Positions 14,877 to 17,875 of a stretch of 17,875 nt of DNA are shown here, in pieces. Source of the DNA: Verrucomicrobiales bacterium (GTDB lineage Bacteria > Verrucomicrobiota > Verrucomicrobiia > Verrucomicrobiales > SLCJ01). Made by a program: the position numbers and the translations under genes. The stretch's first letter is position 1. Each line of letters opens with the position of its first letter. The notes below the pieces were generated by a model, which saw only the letters and a program-made list of their open reading frames with translations, had not been told where the DNA came from and searched no databases. The stretch lies in NCBI GenBank assembly GCA_046075565.1, contig JBJTQJ010000107.1, forward strand, positions 1-17,875. The letters are read 5' to 3'.

Positions 14877-15961
14877 AACCGACTCTCCTCACCGCCCTGC
14901 TGCTCGCGCCGCTCGCCTTGCTGCCCGCGGCGCCCACGACTCACGAGATCGACCGTGAGACGCTGGACAAATGGTCCGCGCCTTATCGAGGCTGGCATTA
15001 CCACCCCGAATACGTCATCCCGGCCGATCCGAAGATTCCGGGCCATGAGGATTTCAAGAATACGGATGTCCCGTGCGTCTATCAATTGCCCGGCCAGCCA
15101 GACAAGTGGCTCATGAGCTTTATCGCCTTCAATGGCAAAGGCTACAACTCGTTTGTCGCCGAAAGCACCGATCTCGTCCAATGGTCGAATCCCCGTCTGG
15201 CGATGGGCTTCGGCAAACCGGGCGAATTCGACTATGGCGGCTGCGTGATCGGCGCGTTTCTCTACGAGTCCTACGACATCAAGTCGCCGCGCATCCTGAA
15301 GAAGCGCGATGGCAAGTTCTGGACGCTCTACGGCAGTTATGCGAAGCAGGGCGGGTATGAAATTGACCCTGGCTACGAAGGCGTCGCAAGCAGCCAGAAT
15401 GGGCTGACTTGGCAACGGGCCAAAGACACCCCGATTCTTTCGATCCACGACCCGGATTGCGCGGACTGGGAAAAAGACTGTATCTACCAACCCTGGCTGG
15501 TGGAACACGAAGGGAAATTCTACAACTTCTACAATGCCAAACGTATGCCGGTCTGGATCGAGCAGATAGGCGGTGCCTCCTCCACCGACCTGCTGAACTG
15601 GAAACGTTTTCCAAACAATCCGGTCGTCCCGGTCAGGAAAGGCGGCTATGACGAGAAATTCTCTTCCGACGGCAAGGTGTTCCGCGACGGCGATCACTGG
15701 GTGATGTTCTACTTCGGGGTCGGCAAAGGCGGCGCCCACATCATGGCCGCCTTTTCGCGTGATCTGGTCAATTGGACGGCGCATCCCGAACCCCTCTACA
15801 AGGCCGGTGGCAACCCCAGCGGTTTGGACCAAAAATACGCCCATAAGATCTCCCTCGTCTACAACCCCAAGAACGAGACATACTACCTCTACTACTGCGC
15901 CACCGGCAACCAAGGCCGGGGCATCGGCTTGATCACCAGCAAACCGCTGCCCAAGCCTTAA
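14873..15961 (+). CDS. Secreted five-bladed beta-propeller glycoside hydrolase (GH32/43/117/130-like fold, family unassigned; 362 aa)
   Basis: Signal peptide MKPTLLTALLLAPLALLPA; repeated Asp-box-like blades AESTDLVQW, ASSQNGLTW, ASSTDLLNW, AFSRDLVNW; DVPCVY, GEFD and NNPVV motifs. ATGA overlap with the upstream gene. Confidence 0.7.
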   Translation: MKPTLLTALLLAPLALLPAAPTTHEIDRETLDKWSAPYRGWHYHPEYVIPADPKIPGHEDFKNTDVPCVYQLPGQPDKWLMSFIAFNGKGYNSFVAESTDLVQWSNPRLAMGFGKPGEFDYGGCVIGAFLYESYDIKSPRILKKRDGKFWTLYGSYAKQGGYEIDPGYEGVASSQNGLTWQRAKDTPILSIHDPDCADWEKDCIYQPWLVEHEGKFYNFYNAKRMPVWIEQIGGASSTDLLNWKRFPNNPVVPVRKGGYDEKFSSDGKVFRDGDHWVMFYFGVGKGGAHIMAAFSRDLVNWTAHPEPLYKAGGNPSGLDQKYAHKISLVYNPKNETYYLYYCATGNQGRGIGLITSKPLPKP

Positions 15962-16122
15962 ACCTGCAGACGCAAATGGAACCACGAAAGGACTCGACTG
16001 GGCAGGAATTTTCAATTAGTCATGACGAAATACACCATCAATCTGCGGGTAAGTGAAGCCGTTTCGATAAAGCTTTGGTTCTCATTTTTTGCTCGTATTT
16101 CTTAGTGTCCATTCGCGGCTTC
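15962..16122. repeat. Degenerate intergenic inverted-repeat element
   Basis: AACCACGAAAGGACTCGA (15980-15997) vs TAGTGTCCATTCGCGGCT (16103-16120), 13/18 complementary; ACCTGCAGA (15962-15970) / TCTGCGGGT (16042-16050); GAAGCCG (16055-16061) / CGGCTTC (16116-16122). Confidence 0.5.
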
Positions 16123-16181
16123 TAGGTAAAAATCCGGGAAATCGTCTGGCAGAGTCGATGCGGGGTGCTAAAATCCGCAAA

Positions 16182-17875
16182 ATGCCCGAAATGACCCTCC
16201 AGCAGGCCTTTGACCTGGCCCTCCAACACCATCAGACCGGACGCCTGCAGGAAGCGGAATCGATCTACCGCCAGATCCTCGCGGTAGATCCAGAGCATGC
16301 GGATTCCCTGCATCTCCTCGGGCTGATCGCCCATCAGGTCGGTCGCAATGATGCCGCAATCGAACTAATCGGGCTGGCGATCGCGATTGCACCCGAGCAT
16401 CACATGTTCCATTCCAACCTCGGCGAGGCTTGCCGAATTGCCGGACGATTGGACGAAGCCATCGCTGCTTTTCGTCAGGCCATCGCTCTCAAACCGGATT
16501 ACGCCGAAGCTCAGAGCAATCTCGGGAACGCACTACGAGATCTAGGGCGCTTGGACGAAGCCATCGCCGCCTGCCGTCAAGCCATCGCACTCAACCCGCA
16601 TTTGGCAGATGGATACAACAACCTCGGAAACGCTCTGCATGAAAAAGGACGACTGGATGAGGCCATCGCCACTTATCAACACGCTATCGCGCTCAAGCCC
16701 GATTTTGCCAAAGCATACAGCAACCTGGGTTGCACTCTTCGGCAACGCAACCGCTTGGACGAAGCCGTCGCAGCCTGCCATCGTGCGATCACGCTGAAAC
16801 CCGACTTCGCCGGAGCCCACAACCATCTAGGCAATGCCCTAAGAGATCAAGGCCGTTTGGACGAAGCCATCACCTCCTATCATCAAGCGATTGACCTCAA
16901 GCCTGACTTCGCCGAAGCCCATGACAATCTTGGCAATGCCTTGCGGAATCGGGGCAAATTCGATGAGGCCATCGCCATTTTTCGTCAAGCGATTGCACTA
17001 CGACCCAACTGTCCCGAAGCCCACTTGAATCTTGGAAATGCCTTGAAACAAAGGGGCATGGTTGATGAGTCAATCGCCACATATGAGAAGGCGATTGCCT
17101 TGAAAAGCGACTTTCCGGAGGCCTACAACAATCTTGGAGCTGCGTTGTGGGAAACCAGACAGTTCCACGAGGCCATCACCGCCTATCGTAAAGCCATCGC
17201 GCTAAAGCCCGATTTTTCCGAGGCCTACAACAATCTGGGCAATGCCCTGCAAAGCAAAGGACATCTGGATGAGGCGATCTCTGCCATCCGGCATGCCATC
17301 GCCCTCAAGCCTGGTTTTTCCGAAGCTCATGGCAACCTTCCCAATGTCCTGAAAGACATGGGTCGCCTTGACGAAGCCATCGCCGCCTATCGTCAAGCCA
17401 TCGCGGTCGAGCCCGACTTTTCTGGAAGCCACAGCAACCTCGTCTATACGCTTCATTTCCATCCCGGCTACGATGCGCGGGCGATTGCCGCGCAACACCG
17501 GGACTGGAACCTCCAATTTGCCGAACCTCTCAAACAATCCATCCTCCCGCATGCCAATGACCGCGATCCCGAGCGCCGATTGCGCATCGGTTATATGTCG
17601 CCTGATTTTCGCGACCACGTCGTCGGCCGGAACATGCTGCCTCTCTTTGAAAATCAGGACGGCGAGCATCATGAGATCTTCTGTTATGCGGAAGTTGTCC
17701 GTCCCGACAATGTCACCCAACGCTTCCGCACGAGCGCGAATCACTGGCGGAGCACCGTAGGCTTTGACGATCAGTCGCTCGCTGCGAAAATCCAAGAGGA
17801 TAAAATCGACATTCTCGTGGATCTGGCCATGCACATGTCTGACAATCGGTTGCAAGTATTTGCCCGCAAACCAGC
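16182..17875 (+). CDS. TPR-containing SPINDLY/OGT-like protein O-glycosyltransferase (GT41); 3' end lies outside the window
   Basis: Open frame with no stop (so absent from the ORF track): MPEMTLQQAFDLALQHHQTGRLQEAESIYRQIL, ~12 TPRs, then SNLVYTLHF, RRLRIGYMSPDFRDHVVGR, HEIFCY, KIQEDKIDILVDLAMHMSDNRLQVFARKP, the GT41 N-catalytic lobe. Alternative in-frame ATGs at 16158 and 16191. Confidence 0.92.
   Translation, partial: MPEMTLQQAFDLALQHHQTGRLQEAESIYRQILAVDPEHADSLHLLGLIAHQVGRNDAAIELIGLAIAIAPEHHMFHSNLGEACRIAGRLDEAIAAFRQAIALKPDYAEAQSNLGNALRDLGRLDEAIAACRQAIALNPHLADGYNNLGNALHEKGRLDEAIATYQHAIALKPDFAKAYSNLGCTLRQRNRLDEAVAACHRAITLKPDFAGAHNHLGNALRDQGRLDEAITSYHQAIDLKPDFAEAHDNLGNALRNRGKFDEAIAIFRQAIALRPNCPEAHLNLGNALKQRGMVDESIATYEKAIALKSDFPEAYNNLGAALWETRQFHEAITAYRKAIALKPDFSEAYNNLGNALQSKGHLDEAISAIRHAIALKPGFSEAHGNLPNVLKDMGRLDEAIAAYRQAIAVEPDFSGSHSNLVYTLHFHPGYDARAIAAQHRDWNLQFAEPLKQSILPHANDRDPERRLRIGYMSPDFRDHVVGRNMLPLFENQDGEHHEIFCYAEVVRPDNVTQRFRTSANHWRSTVGFDDQSLAAKIQEDKIDILVDLAMHMSDNRLQVFARKP
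16401..17420 (+). repeat. Ten tandem 102-bp coding repeats (34-aa TPR units)
   Basis: (t/c)TGGA(c/t)GA(a/g)GCCATCGC recurs at 16449, 16551, 16653 and onward with an exact 102-bp period. Protein consensus AEAyNNLGNAL...GrLDEAIAayRqAIALKPDF. Confidence 0.9.

Noticed and set aside
16401..17420. CRISPR array or noncoding tandem repeat
   Set aside because: The 102-bp period is a multiple of three, variation follows codon structure, there are no unique spacers, and it translates to canonical TPRs.
6538..17875. GH29 fucosidase and SPY-like GT41 as an eraser/writer pair for protein O-fucosylation
   Set aside because: The GH29 is Tat-exported while the GT41 has no signal peptide. They are more than 8 kb apart and separated by a repeat-containing spacer, and the GT41 donor is unknown.

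Overview
GC-rich bacterial DNA, most likely PVC superphylum (Verrucomicrobiota-like; inferred from signal-peptide style, SD-poor starts and gene content). Every credible gene is on the + strand. The window opens with the 3' end of a polyprenyl-diphosphate synthase (<1-429), followed by a ~530-bp structured, repeat-rich intergenic region. A ~15-kb co-oriented glycan-catabolism cluster follows (961-15961): DUF4861 protein, kduI, a truncated KduD-like SDR running in frame into an S1 sulfatase, GH2, Tat-exported GH29, DUF2961/GH172-like, PmoA-like/DUF6807, a GH78 remnant, GH106, DUF4038/GH140-like and a beta-propeller GH. The window ends in a SPINDLY/OGT-like GT41 gene with ~12 TPRs (16182->17875) that the ORF track missed. 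The most notable signal is that the cluster looks actively remodelled. It carries three apparent deletion scars (SDR-sulfatase junction, signal-peptide-only stub, GH78 reduced to its N- and C-termini) and one premature TAG, and several unrelated enzymes share a similar MKPT..ALLL.PL signal-peptide cassette. No transposase, integrase, CRISPR array, tRNA or rRNA was recognised. All family assignments come from motif recognition by eye, not database searches.
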